Made by a program: the position numbers and the translations under genes
Shown: piece after piece, positions 40,362 to 53,217 of the stretch
Layout of the letters: each line of letters opens with the position of its first letter
Position numbering within the stretch: position 1 is the first letter of the stretch
DNA from: Antedon mediterranea
Lineage: Eukaryota > Animalia > Echinodermata
NCBI RefSeq assembly: GCF_964355755.1
Contig: NC_092679.1
Span: forward strand, 23,915,432 to 23,979,431
Reading direction: 5' to 3'
Length of the DNA: 64,000 nucleotides
Notes under the pieces: model-generated
Told to the model about the DNA's origin: nothing
The model's input: the letters and a program-made list of their open reading frames with translations, nothing else
Database searches by the model: none

Positions 40362-41032
40362 TTTTACTTGGCTTTATAGGCTTAATGATACGTGAACTAA
40401 TGAATGCTTTTATAGCTTCAGCCAGGATTGTCCAATAGTCATGGATCAATCATGGAGGTATAAATGGATGAATTACTGTATTTACTGGTTGAAACATTTT
40501 GTTGCCTTATAATCCTGAAAAAGTTCAAGAGTCTTATTTCTGTTTGAATACAAATAAAGATGTAGATAAGCTTTTAGCAATTGTGAAAAACCACAATAGC
40601 AGTTTTATGACTATTATTATTTTGTTGATACAGCCTAAAGCTTGCAATAGGCCTACATTTATAAATTAAATATGGTGTACCACAAATTGTTATCAACATT
40701 TGATTTGGCCCTGCAAACCTTCAAACAATATATTATTATTATTTTGTTCTTTATTTAAGCAGTGCACACTGGCTTTTGTTAATTTGACTAGAACTAATGA
40801 ATCAGAATAGACAAAGGTTTGATCTCTTAAGGGCGCTTTCTACGATAGTAGGCGTACAGTATTCCAATAGTTATAAGTACGCCACCATGGCTATGCTCAA
40901 AATGGTAAATCTATTTTATTGTTCCTTTCTCCTGTGGTCAAGGTCTATGGAATTCCATGAAAGAGTCGATTATAATTTAATATAATATACAACTTTTGTT
41001 GAAAGAATAGCGATGTTATAAAATAGGATATT

Positions 41033-42346
41033 TTATTCGTCATAAAGATAAAGTTCTTCATCAGCTTGATGTCTCCTATCGTCCCGTTTAATGAGAATGG
41101 TTAGAAAAGCAGCGACTGCACACACAATTAATATCATAAAATTAGCGACGTCAACCCCGTGAAGCTTATCAAGAGCATCATATACATAAACGACAACAAA
41201 TCCCGTAATATCAATACATAGAATTATTAGCGACGCAGACAATGACTCCGACTCGGGATACGTCTGCTCTGCTGCAGTTTCAGCGCCAATTGTAAGAAGA
41301 GCGCGGGAAAAGTTGAAATACAAACCAAAACTTACACAAGCCAACAAGATTTGTTCATATTTTATGGAAAACACAAAACATCCCAATGTCAGAAATGTTA
41401 ACAGGACAGTTACGCGTGTGGTTAATAAAAACTGTTTAGTTTTGTCTAGCACCCAACCGGCAAATACTGAACCAAAACCAATCATGGTCACCAAAACAAC
41501 AGTACCAATTATGTAACCCTTTTCTGGAAATACAGATAAAATAATATAGTTTATCTTAACCATGATAACGGCAGATAATCCTATACAAATTCCACATGCC
41601 AAAAGAAGTAAGACAAAGTTTAAGTTCATCAGTATTACTTTCAGAGATTTCCAAAATGAATCTTGTTTTCCAATAGTTGAGTTATTTTTCTGATAACTTG
41701 GAGGTGATAGCGGTTTTGCTTCAAAGAAGAAACAGATGATTAGAAAAATTATAGATATGAAAATCGCTGTTCCAAGAAAGTAATATTTCAGCTTTATTTC
41801 GGTTTGATTTTGTAAATTTAGTAACTGATTCGGTAAGATAAAAGCTACTGCTGTTCCAAATTGGAATGCGGTGAATCCAAGGCCACTGGCTAAAGAAACT
41901 TCATTAGATCCAAACCAAGCGCCAGCGAAATGCGTAGAAATCCCAAAACAACACGTCTGCGCAACTCCACTAAAGGCCTGACCCAGTATGCTTAAGGAAA
42001 CTGAATGTTGAAGTATTCCAATGTAACGAATCCATGATCCAGCCATATGCAAGCCGCCTCCTATTATAGTGATTGTTTTGATATCTGTTTTCTCTAATAT
42101 ATAAAGAGCAGGAAATATAAAGAATACATACGTAATGAAATAAATTGCACCGAACGTGTCAATTATGGCTGAAGGAGCGTCAAAGTACTCCTCAACTTCA
42201 CTTGATATTGCTGCATACTGCATCCACATCATTCCATCTGATAATTGTAGACACATAAATATCACTAACATTGCCCATCGTCTTGTATACAGGTGACATT
42301 TTGAGTCGATTAAAAGCTGTTTTTCAGTTTTAATTTCTTCCCCCAT
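41033..42346 (-). CDS. FLVCR-like (SLC49) MFS transporter, single coding exon, copy 1
   Basis: 437-aa ORF with about 12 hydrophobic segments and FLVCR-type motifs LYTRRW, WMQY, WFGSNEVSLA, P-SPPS, GWVLDKT and AAEQTYPESE. Confidence 0.88.
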   Translation of the reverse strand: MGEEIKTEKQLLIDSKCHLYTRRWAMLVIFMCLQLSDGMMWMQYAAISSEVEEYFDAPSAIIDTFGAIYFITYVFFIFPALYILEKTDIKTITIIGGGLHMAGSWIRYIGILQHSVSLSILGQAFSGVAQTCCFGISTHFAGAWFGSNEVSLASGLGFTAFQFGTAVAFILPNQLLNLQNQTEIKLKYYFLGTAIFISIIFLIICFFFEAKPLSPPSYQKNNSTIGKQDSFWKSLKVILMNLNFVLLLLACGICIGLSAVIMVKINYIILSVFPEKGYIIGTVVLVTMIGFGSVFAGWVLDKTKQFLLTTRVTVLLTFLTLGCFVFSIKYEQILLACVSFGLYFNFSRALLTIGAETAAEQTYPESESLSASLIILCIDITGFVVVYVYDALDKLHGVDVANFMILIVCAVAAFLTILIKRDDRRHQADEELYLYDE

Positions 42347-44113
42347 ATTCGTTGTAATTTACAAACTCGCAAATTTGCTGTTGACTCTTTTGTATTATTG
42401 AAGTAGTGTATCTAATTCTGCTATTTTATATAATGGATTAACTGTTCACGCTTCACAACGGTCATTGAATCAATTTTTTGTTGGTCTAAAAATTCTTTTA
42501 GAATAGTAATGACAGGACTATACTAAACCGAGGTAGGCCCACCACAAACATGCGGAACAATTCCTAAATTAGGCCTATAATGAACTTTCCACTGAAAGTG
42601 TAACGCCTTCTTCCAAACACGTGTTTGCTTATTATCAAATTAAGATTGGTTCTTTTAATTGTTAAAATATTGTAGAATCTAATTTCAAATATAGTTCACA
42701 TTAGCGGATTCTAACATTATGACATTTGACCTTAATGTATCGTATCTTAGTAACAACAGGCCTAATCGGAAACCGGGTCGGAAACACAACAATATGGTTT
42801 ACGCTGTTCAGAAACTACACATTTATAGTCTAAGTGGCCGATTCTAACATTATTGACCTTTGAACTTTACATTACATAAAATCGCATAAATTTGAATATA
42901 GTGTAGGCCTACATATGAAATTATTTTTAGTGTCAAATTGTTTAGAACATACATATTTATATAGAGTCTAATGACACATGTTGTCCAATAATGGCCTATT
43001 GTATGGCTATTGACTTTTGAACAAGCGGCGTATGCGTGAGCGGCACATGCATTGCATTCTACACTTCCCGTCGAAGCGAATTAAAAATGAACGTTGCGCA
43101 ACTGTGACTACGCTAATATGCAAATGAGTAGAATGTTGACGTCATCCGTTAAAGTTAACGTTATGCGAACACTTCCTAATATCATGTTCTTTCATACTGA
43201 TAGGGAAGTACATGTGCTGAAATATATTCACCAAAACAGTGTTTCTGGTTGAATAATTATTAAAGAATTGATTGTGCTATTCTGAGAACCTTGAAACACG
43301 TCACAAGTAAAACCCAGATCAATTGTACCGCATGAATCTACTGTATTTAATTGAAAGGCCTCCTTAGTTAGATTGAGAAGGAAGTATTTTAAATGTAGGC
43401 CTACACAGTAATCAAGAAATAAGGAGTGTGTTGTATTAGAATATCTTTATCTATTTTCTATTATCTGTTTTATAATGGACCAATAAATTAAGGTAAGTTA
43501 CAAACTAAACTATACTTGCTTGCATTAGTGAAAAGGTTCATCTGGATCTCTGTATAGTATTCATGCTTGTTTGATTGGTTTATCAATTTCGTGTAACCAA
43601 GCCTAAACCATAATAATATTCTGAAGACAAAATATCTGGACCTTTAAAGTGCATACGAAAGTTGATCTAGCTACTAGTAAGAAGCTACTAATAAGAACAA
43701 ACTTTTCCCAAATTTACGTACGTACACACAGACTAATGCAACGATTGCATGCTTTTAATATTGCATGGAATATTAAATCAAGATACATTTAAATGCTGAA
43801 AATAACACCTAGCTCTCTCTAATTTAAAGTATCAGGACCAGTGATGGCCGACGCCCCTGGTTTAAGAACCATTGACCCTCCTCAGGATGTCTGTATTAAT
43901 CCTTTTGTGGCTCTTCCAACATTATGCATGCTTTGTGCATGTTGTAACGTTGTATTGATGGTATTGTACAATAAAAACACAAAAACCGACATTTCCTTTT
44001 CATAGGCCTATCTCCTTTATTGTATAGTTTGTATAGTGTTTGTCAACTACTCTGCTTTTGGAAGTCTAATTATAGAATCTCAAAGGAAAACGCAGAAAAT
44101 TGATCCTGGCAAC

Positions 44114-47100
44114 ATGGCAGAAACAGGTATTTAAAAATGAATTTACTCTATTTAAATAATTACGTGTGTTTGAACTAGGCTCAATTAGTGTTAGATAGTA
44201 GGCTTACTCTGTCAACATTGTTAAATTGACAAAAACGTGTGATGTGCTCATAGATAGATACAATGACGTTGTATCACTACCATATTTGGCACATCACACT
44301 TTTTTTGTCAAACAAGTTTCATAGTGTAGATGTTATACCTTGCATCATTCTAGATGAATGTAGAAACCATGCTAACCATGGACTAACGTTTGTTGCTTGT
44401 TAGACAGTTCGCTGATATACTTTGACTGAGTGTTGACTTTGCTTGCAGTCATTAGTAATTAGTATTTAATTTTCTCAAATTACTGAATCTCATCTATTTG
44501 ATATTTATAATAATGAGCATTATTGAATACCGTAGTGCATAACCTTACAATAACTTTTAGGCCAACATCTTTGGTACTTTAATATATCATTGCTATTATA
44601 TAGTGTAAATAGTATCGTCGCTAGATCGGGTACTATGTTATCAAGTAATCCATATAATCTTCAGAACTCAAAGTTTATCTACATGATGTGACATGAAAAA
44701 TACCGCACGACAGTACGCATGTGATTCTTTAGAACCTTTTTTAAACTTTTGACTTTCAGAATGTTACTATGACTTTTACATATTAAGTGACCATGTCGAG
44801 TGGGAAAACAAGATGTTACAAGATCTACAAAGAATACGACCAGATATTAAATGTGTCACGAGAAGAGAAAGAAAACCTGGAAAATTTAAAATAGACAGTA
44901 TGATAGAACTCATGAAACAATCAAAGAAAGTTGTAGTAGGCTTTGCATCGCAATCTGAGACCGATATGGTCAAGTTTGTTGTGGCAACAGCTATTCAAAG
45001 AATGTTAGACAGTAACACACTGGATCGAGCAAGGTTGATTCCTGTTAAAGTTACCAGAGATGCTGTGATACCACCCTCCTTGGAAGCAATTCAAGAAGTT
45101 AATAGTTTTGATGGAGATTTAATGTCTAAAACTGATACAGCTGTTACACCAAGGTATGTCTATAATACTTATGAACAAATACGTAAAATGTTAATGTTAC
45201 TTCAAATTATAGAACTGTCAAACAATTCTATTCCACTTTTACCGATGTAGCATATAAAGCGTGCATACCAAAAGCACAAGATAAATGGGAAAACCAACTT
45301 CAAAATTGTTTTATTGACTGGAATCTATGTTGGAAAAAACAAAGTTAAGAGTATGTTGCACATAAAAAGAGTGGCTTTCTTTAATTTTAAGTTGCTACAT
45401 AAAATTTTACCAACTAGGTGTAAGCTAAAATTATGGAATTTGTCAAACAGTAATTATTGTGAATATTGTAATGAGGAGGTTGAAAATGAAAAGCATATGT
45501 TATGTACATGCAAAGAAGTAAAACATTGCTGTGTAAAATGGTGCGCTATGCTAAAAACATGCTTTGCATTTACTCAGGAAGTTACATGGGAGAAAATTGT
45601 ACTTGAAAAATATGATGTCAAAATTAATGAAATATTTTCCATTTTAACTTTCTGTGTTTATAAAAGTAAAGTCAAGCATAGACTAAAAATGTCCATGGTT
45701 AATGTTCACTGCGGAGTTAGAAGGTATAATCAATTGTGAGTTTTTAATTAAAAAAATGTGGTCAGATATGGACCGTAACAATTTAGCAAGGTATAAAATT
45801 AACGTTTATAAAATTGATATTTAGGTAAAGTAAAATATAAGTTTTTTTTGATTGCCTGAAAGAGATAAAAAGAGTTATAAAATAAAAAATTCTGTGGTAA
45901 ATTATACGTACATTGTTAAGGATTGAAAAACGTGTATTAAAGAGTGTATAACATACAGGAAAATATTTTTTTTTCTTCTTTCCTTATACTATTATATATA
46001 TAATGCAATGGTAGGAGTGAGATATCAAATGTACTGAAAGTTATTTAATTTAATTATATTGTATTGTATCATTACATTACTCATGTGCAATGCATTGTAA
46101 ACGAACATTTTATTGATGAAGAAATAAAAGTGGGTCGATCCTACATAAGACAAAAACAAATACGTAAAATGATTTGCTTAGGTTGTTTTGAAAACATACT
46201 TAATCAATAATTTGATTTTAAAGAGATGACCAAAGAAAGAGTGAAATAGTTACGTGGTGGATTTAATTACAGTCAATCTTTCAACGAATACAGAACATTC
46301 ATTATTTGTTCTACAAAAGTTTATGATGATTTTAAGATGAGTTAAGATTTAATAATAAAATTATAGTTCATCTTGTCCCAAAGGAAACACTATTAGAGAG
46401 TAGTGTGTCACTAGATGATCAAAACATGATGAATGGACGTTATATAGCTATAGTCATACAGTAGGGTCCATTTGCCACAAATCTTTATTCATCCATTTCT
46501 TTAAGCCAACTCCAAAACAGCGCCACATGGCTCTGTGGTAGACATGTTACGTCTCCATATCATCATCATCATTTATCTGCTGTCCCCATCGACATAACAT
46601 TTTTACTGATAGAAACATTGTAAAGTCAGATTTTATTCGTTAATATTTACAGAGGAATTGAAGTCCCATTGTTCGGTTATGAAGAACGTGCCAACCATCA
46701 ATAGTAACGAAGAACAGGGATTGCGAATACAGCATAAATCAGACACAGGTAAGTTACTTCAGTGTATGTTATTATTATTTAATAGGGTTGCTGTGGAGGA
46801 GTTTATTTTAAGGGAAGCGTTTATTTCATTTATTTTGTGAAAATGATAACAAATATACTCAAATAAATTTCACCTTGGAACCTGTAGATCACCTGCAGTC
46901 AATAAATTCTAAATTGAAATACATGTAGGCCTAGATTAAAAATGTCACTAATGATACTTGATAAGAATGACCAGTGACCAAACTTAAATCCTCAATAAGT
47001 TTATTTATTTATAAATTAGAAAAGATTGAAGAATATCTGCTTAACAGACAAAGGATATTGTGCAACCAGGCCAGTATATTTACACCAGCAATAATGAATG

Positions 47101-49496
47101 ATAGATACAAAGTTGACATGTCTCAGATGTTTACCGATATGGAACTACTCGTAGAAAGTGAAAACAAGAAAGACAGCAAACCATCAACAATAAAAGATGT
47201 GGCAGATATCATCACATCAACACCTAAATGTAAAGCCCTTATAGAGGGACAAGGCGGTATTGGTAAAACCAGTATTTTAAGGCGTTTAGCATCAAACTGG
47301 GCTACTGATCAATCGTATTTTAAAGGTAAAACAGTATTTCTTTTTAATGTAAGAGATTTAGATAAAGATGAAGACATCTTCGATCTCATAACAAAGCAAC
47401 TGGATATGAAAGATTTTAACAGGAACACCCAAATTGTAAAAGGTTCAGCGATGGTTCAAGAGTTTTTGATGACTCATGATGATAAAATTGTCTTGTTGTT
47501 AGATGGGTTAGATGAGTTACGATTTAATAATAAAAGTCTAATTCGTCTTTTCACAAAAGAGACACTGACAGAGAGTACTGTGGTAGTCACAACACGATCA
47601 GAAAACATAGATGAATTCAGAAAGAGGTGTAATGTACATATAAGAGTTACGGGGTTTAATAATCATGGAATAGCAAAGTATATTGAAAAACACTTCAGTT
47701 ATTTTAGAAAACTAGAATTGGGAAAATCTCTTAGAGAAGAATTGGCCACTAACAAAGACGAAGTACATTCCATGTGCAGAAATCCAATGTTACTTCTCTT
47801 AATATGCATCCTATGGGAAGAAAATGAAAATCTTCCTCATAACAAGGTTGATCTTTTTAAAGAAATATTACGCTGTATTTTGAATCAGTCTAACAAACAA
47901 CAAGACACGTACAAAAAGATGTCTAAATTTGAAGATGCTCCAACAGAATATGTAAATGCTATGATTTTGTTGGGGAAGTGTATGTATAACAGCTTGAAAA
48001 TAAATCAACTTTCAATAAAGAAAGAAGACTTGAAAGCTAAGAAAGATATAGTTGACATGGCCCTAAAATTAGGATTTGTGTATGAAGATGCACCAATTTC
48101 AAAATCTTACTTTGGAAACGTTTTTATGCCTCCTCACAAGTTGATAGTAGAGGCGTTGGTAGGATTTTACTTGTGCAAATTATGTGAAACTGAACGTATG
48201 AAGAATGAATGTGATGAAGATATGAGACAATTACTTGCACCATTGGATGATAGTGAATGGGAGATAATAAGAGAAAGTAAGCATCTTAATACTGTAAGAG
48301 AGTTTGCAATTGGTTTTCTTGGTCAGAAAGCCGGTTTATTTTTTAATCATTGGATTACAAATAAATTATCAACATATCGCTCTCTACCGAGTAATTTGAA
48401 GTTTGTTAAAAACGAACACGAGGATGTTGTGGTAAGTGCACTAATCGACCACATGACCAATAAAGACCTAGCTATAAGTCAACATATTGATGATATATCT
48501 ACCTCCATAAAACTGTTTATTCATTCCATTTGTCCACATGTACATGTTGAGAGACATTTCATACAACTACTTAGGCAACTGTATTGTTTGAAATATTACC
48601 AAGATAAAGTAGAATCCTTTTGTGAAGAGAGGGCATCGGCCGGTAGGGCAAATGCTATTGCACACATTTTAGGCATAGAAGCTAAATGTAACCAGGTCCA
48701 AATCATAGCGGGGAAACTAATGAAGCACACGATAAGAGTGTGCTTAAATATAGGAGTTCAATTAGTATTAGAAAAGCTTGATATCAGCGGTAATAACCTC
48801 CATAACATTAATGGTAGCTTACTTAGTTCTTTATTGATTATGTCTCCTTGTCTGTTGAAACTTAAAATGTATGACTGCAACCTATCAGGTAAGGTAATGA
48901 ACCACGTGGTCAGAGAGTGTTTAAATCGAGGAATTGAACTGCCATTACAATGGTTAGAAATCAGTGATAACAATCTCAGGAACATAGATGGTACTTTATT
49001 GATTACGTTTCCAAAGTTAAAGGTCCTTGAAATGTGTAATTGTAATCTATCCGGAGGAGAAATAAAACACATGACCAAAGAGTGTTTAAATAAAGGAGTT
49101 CAATTAGCATTGGAAGAGTTAAATATAGATCATAATAAGCTCAGAAAAATGGATGGTACTTTACTGTGTTCACTGTTCATTATGTCTTCTAAGCTGACGA
49201 GGTTGTACATGTGTAAATGTAATATATCGGGTAAGGTAATGAATCAAATGATCAGAGCAGGTTCAAATAGAGGAATTCAATTGACATTGGGCGATCTCTA
49301 TATCGATGGTAATGACCTCAGCAATATTGATAGCACTTTACTTATCTCTTTATTGAACCTGTCTCCTAAACTAAAGAGACTTGGATTGTATAATTGCAAT
49401 TTAGCAGGTAACGGAATCCAATGCTTGCTCACAGAGTGCTCAAATAGAGGAATTATATTAGCTCATGAACTTGTAAAGCGCATTCATAGTCGATAA
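44114..49496 (+). CDS. TIR-NACHT-LRR NOD-like receptor (model ~1003 aa)
   Basis: Proposed exons 44114-44126, 44760-45153 (TIR-like: YDFYIL..W..PGKFKIDSMIELMKQSKKVVV..RLIPV..IPPSL), 46506-46537 (tentative), 46653-46748, 47020-49496. The last exon has Walker A GQGGIGKT, Walker B LLLDGLDE, sensor VVTTR, NPMLL, PHKLIVE and ribonuclease-inhibitor-type LRRs. The NACHT-LRR part is solid; the splicing to TIR is inferred. Confidence 0.82.
45191..46154 (+). mobile_element. 5'-truncated L1/Tx1-type retrotransposon in an NLR intron
   Basis: C-terminal zinc-finger region (FKLLHKILPT..CEYC..E..HML..C, ORF 45314-45739), AATAAA near 46123, and an exact 17-bp TSD aacaaatacgtaaaatg at 45174-45190 and 46155-46171. 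Confidence 0.85.
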
Positions 49497-50480
49497 TGAA
49501 TCACATAATTATTTTATCATATTATTATTATTATTATTAGTGTTATTATTATTATTATTATTATTAGTGTTAGTGTTATTATTATTATTATTTATATTTT
49601 ATATTTCAACTAGAGGATTTTATACATATTTTTATTTCAAATAAACGCTACATTTACTATATAAACGGCAGGCAATATACATTAAATCTAACAACATGAA
49701 CTCGACAATATTTTCTTAATTGTGTCAATTATGAATAGTTATGAAGAAAGAAATTCTGGTACTGTAGTTCAGACTGATTGAAATCTTTTAGTTATTACCA
49801 TAGCATACTTTGTATGAGTGCACGTATAGAATGTTTAAATGATTGTTATCGACGCGATATAAACCTGTTTTTTTTTCTATAATCCTATGTCTTATAGTTA
49901 CTCTTATGAAAACATCTCCATTTTTTTCTGAAATTTACTTCGGTTGTGATAGAAATATTGATGATTTGATTCTAATCATTTAGGCTATTTCATGAATGGT
50001 CTAATTTATTAGTAATAAAGGTTGCTTTTGTTTTATTGTAGTTGTTGTAAACTATATCTATATTTATGAATTGTTTACATTGTTAATTACTTTTGTTACA
50101 TTTGTATTGTTTACATTGTTATCAATTTAGATTACTATAATTGCTAAAGATAAATTATTTAAAGTAACAATGACACACGCTAGGTGGTGATTTATTTTTA
50201 AAATATATTATACTGTATATATACTAAACATTTAGTCTATTCCTTTCTGTTAGTTTAAGGTGTCAAATATCGATTACTAGCGAAAGCTATTTTTACTGTT
50301 TTGCGAGCGCTTACATTAACGTTAAACAAAACAAAGTAATTTGACTAACTTCTATGGGTAGGCCTATATAATATTCTCTGAGATTTCCTCGTCTTATCGT
50401 TTCAAATTAATTAATACATTTCCGTATATCGTCGCCGGGCAGTTAAATTTGTTCTGTGCCTGTGGTTGTTATATACTATA

Positions 50481-51035
50481 CTAGCAATTATACCCGCCCC
50501 AGGGCGGGTTTCAAAATTAGTTTAAAGCCTTCTCAGTATATAACACCCGACGCCAGTATGTCCCTATACTTACCACACCCCACACTATTTTTTGAAAACA
50601 AACTCTTCCCAGGACAAGTTCAAATGAGATGGGATACATAGCTACGACAGGCCTATGGTTTTTAAGTACGTTGTAAACTTTGTAAATGAATAGGTGTCAT
50701 ATTGGCTGATAATTAAATATCTAATTTTGATCTGCGGGGCCCCAGCCTTCTTTCTCCTCTTACCATCCCAGCCACAATTAACAAACCTTAACAACTCTAC
50801 CTCTGGAAAGTTCAAATGTAGTAACTTTTCCTAGTACAATTCCAATCATATACTTCATTACGCCAGTATTTCCGCTCCCCCTCCTACCTCCCAACACACC
50901 CCAGATACATAGCTATGATAGGCATATGGCTTCAGTACGTTGTAAACTGTGTAAATGAGTAGGTGTCATATTGGCTGATAATAAAAATATATAATGTTGA
51001 TACTGCGGTCCCCCGGCCTTCTTTCTCCTCTCACT
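50481..51035 (-). mobile_element. Helitron-like 3' terminus with adjacent internal duplication
   Basis: Minus strand hairpin acccgccc-tg-gggcgggt, then 7 nt, then CTAG|T at 50481. A block at about 50633-50762 recurs at about 50904-51032. Confidence 0.45.
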
Positions 51036-51082
51036 ATCGCAACCGCAACCCTCAAATTAGCTATTTTCCCCATTTTCTCCAT

Positions 51083-51146
51083 TTTAGTCGCGTGCAACGC
51101 AACTCTACAGCGCACTATGTCGGTCGGTTGGTCGGTAAACACTAAC
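51083..51146 (+). mobile_element. Short DINE-like element fragment
   Basis: ttttagtcgcgtgcaacgcaactctacagcgcactatgtcggtcggttggtcggtaaacactaa matches 25735-25800. Confidence 0.55.
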
Positions 51147-51711
51147 TTGCTTTATGTTGTTCGATGGGTCTTAGGAAGTACCTACAGCAAAAATGAATGC
51201 TGTTCTAATCTTGTCTAGGTTAAACCATGGGTTGATGGATAGTCATTTTCATTGTTGTGTGCGACCGTTAATTTAACTGTGTTTATTTTGTAACAATGTG
51301 GTCGGTCCACGCTCTGCCGGTTAGAGTTAGCTTTGATCTCAACCTGATGCATAGGCCTATCCTTTTATTCCTTAATCCATGCTTTGTTCAACAATGAATG
51401 AAGTGCTTCTAACGTTTTTAACATTCCACCTTTATTCATAATTATTGTTATTTCAGCAAATAATAGTCGTAAATACTCGATAATATCCCTGACTACCTTA
51501 CTGTATTACAACACATTAAAACGCTGAAAATAATCTAGTAAGACTAATAATAATAAATCTAATAATAATAAATATAATTAATCATTAAAAACTCATTTTT
51601 CAAAACGTGCACATTATAATATATATTTATCAATAAATTGAATGTGTTAACAGATTAAGATTTTATTTTTCCACCGAAGCTTTTTTTCATCAATCTTCCA
51701 CCACCAGACAA

Positions 51712-53003
51712 TCTATATATATAAATTTACGTAAGGGCAAAATTCGGTAAATCGCGCGTTATTTCTAGAATGTTTACTCGATAGTATATAAAGTTGGTTA
51801 GAATCTCAGTAATGATTTTAACTGCCTGATGTAACCCTGTTTACTAATTAAATTATGTTAGATAATTAGTTATTGACGATTAAAACGAATTTAGGTTCAA
51901 CGATTTGCCCCAAATAGGGGTGTTTTCCGATCTTGGTATACACTGTCTAATGGATGTCCATCTTGAAAAATACCCGCCACAAAAATGCGAGGCGTCTTCG
52001 TCATCTCCTCCTACGATAATTTTTTTTAATAGCTGAAAACCGGTTGAACAGCTAGAGTACAGCATCATAATGTTGAAGACAGGCCGCGCCGATTTTCTTT
52101 AAAAAATACTATTTTGATAGATTTAATATACGATTATACACATGTATTGATTTGCGATGAATGGAACATCCCAATCTCTCAGTCTGCCAGTGTTTGGTTT
52201 AACAGAAGTAGGTAAATTTATGAGCCCTTGGCTTAACACTTACGGTAGGTAAATATATGGGCCCTTTGAGAATAAACTTGCAATACTTTGACAATACTGT
52301 AAATACATATTAACTGTTTTTGGTCCTCATTTGAATCGAGCATTTCTTACTGTGAATGTTCGTACTGTTAGATGTAATATAAAAATATATAAAAATAAAC
52401 TTTATTACTGAGATTGTGGATAGGCTCTACTGTTAGATATACAAATAAACGTTATACTGACAGTTCCTTCTCAACGTTTGTATTAATTAATAATTACCAA
52501 TAATATAAACGTCGTAGTGGTGTATCGTGACATGTACTTTAATATTATTCAATCGATTATGACAGTGACAGTTTTAACAAAGTATTAAATCACATATGTT
52601 TTACTGTATTTAGAGGTATATTATTTATAGGCATATAAATCATGAACAAAATATTTCGTTACTGAGTGGATAAAGAATATATTTAAAAATTGTTCCTCTT
52701 TGTACCTATCCGCTTTCCCATCCCTCAACCCTATTACATAGGCCTACAAAGCACAAATTCAAAAATTTGGACTCATTTTGTGGTAAGTTTCTCCTTCGGA
52801 AGTAATTCTCAGGGTGCTAATTTTAGTTGACTACAAATCATCGTGTCTATTTATTCGTTTCTGTAAACGACAATGTATTATAGTCCTGCGGTACGTACAT
52901 TTGAAAAATCGCCAGTTTTGTTACGCTGAAATGACTGTGTATTCGAGAACCATCTGTGGGTACGACCTAGATGGTACGCGAGCGAAGCGAGCGTACCATC
53001 TAG
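51712..53003 (+). mobile_element. Putative non-autonomous Helitron
   Basis: 5' end A|TCTATATATATAAA. 3' perfect 13-bp stem ctagatggtacgc/gcgtaccatctag ending CTAG|T. Confidence 0.62.
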
Positions 53004-53026
53004 TGATCATAATTAGTATTGCTTAT

Positions 53027-53182
53027 AGCGTGGTTCCCACTAGAACACAACGCAGCGACGTATCAACGCAAAGTGATGTATTGCGTAATCTCAAGTGGGA
53101 ACCGACGACGCAACAGTGCGGGGGCAAACACAATTATTGGAAGGCCATTTGCTTACGTTGCGTCGCTAGTCGGAACCACGCT
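53027..53182. mobile_element. MITE (Harbinger-like)
   Basis: TIR agcgtggttcc / ggaaccacgct. A solo left end lies at about 15531-15560. Confidence 0.65.
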
Positions 53183-53217
53183 CTAGTTTTCCTCACTCCA
53201 ATTATTGGTGTGACAAT

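Noticed and set aside
42347-44113. NF-kB/IRF-type immune promoter between transporter and NLR
   Set aside because: Only partial GAAA words and one octamer ATGCAAAT (about 43118) are visible, which is within chance for AT-rich DNA.
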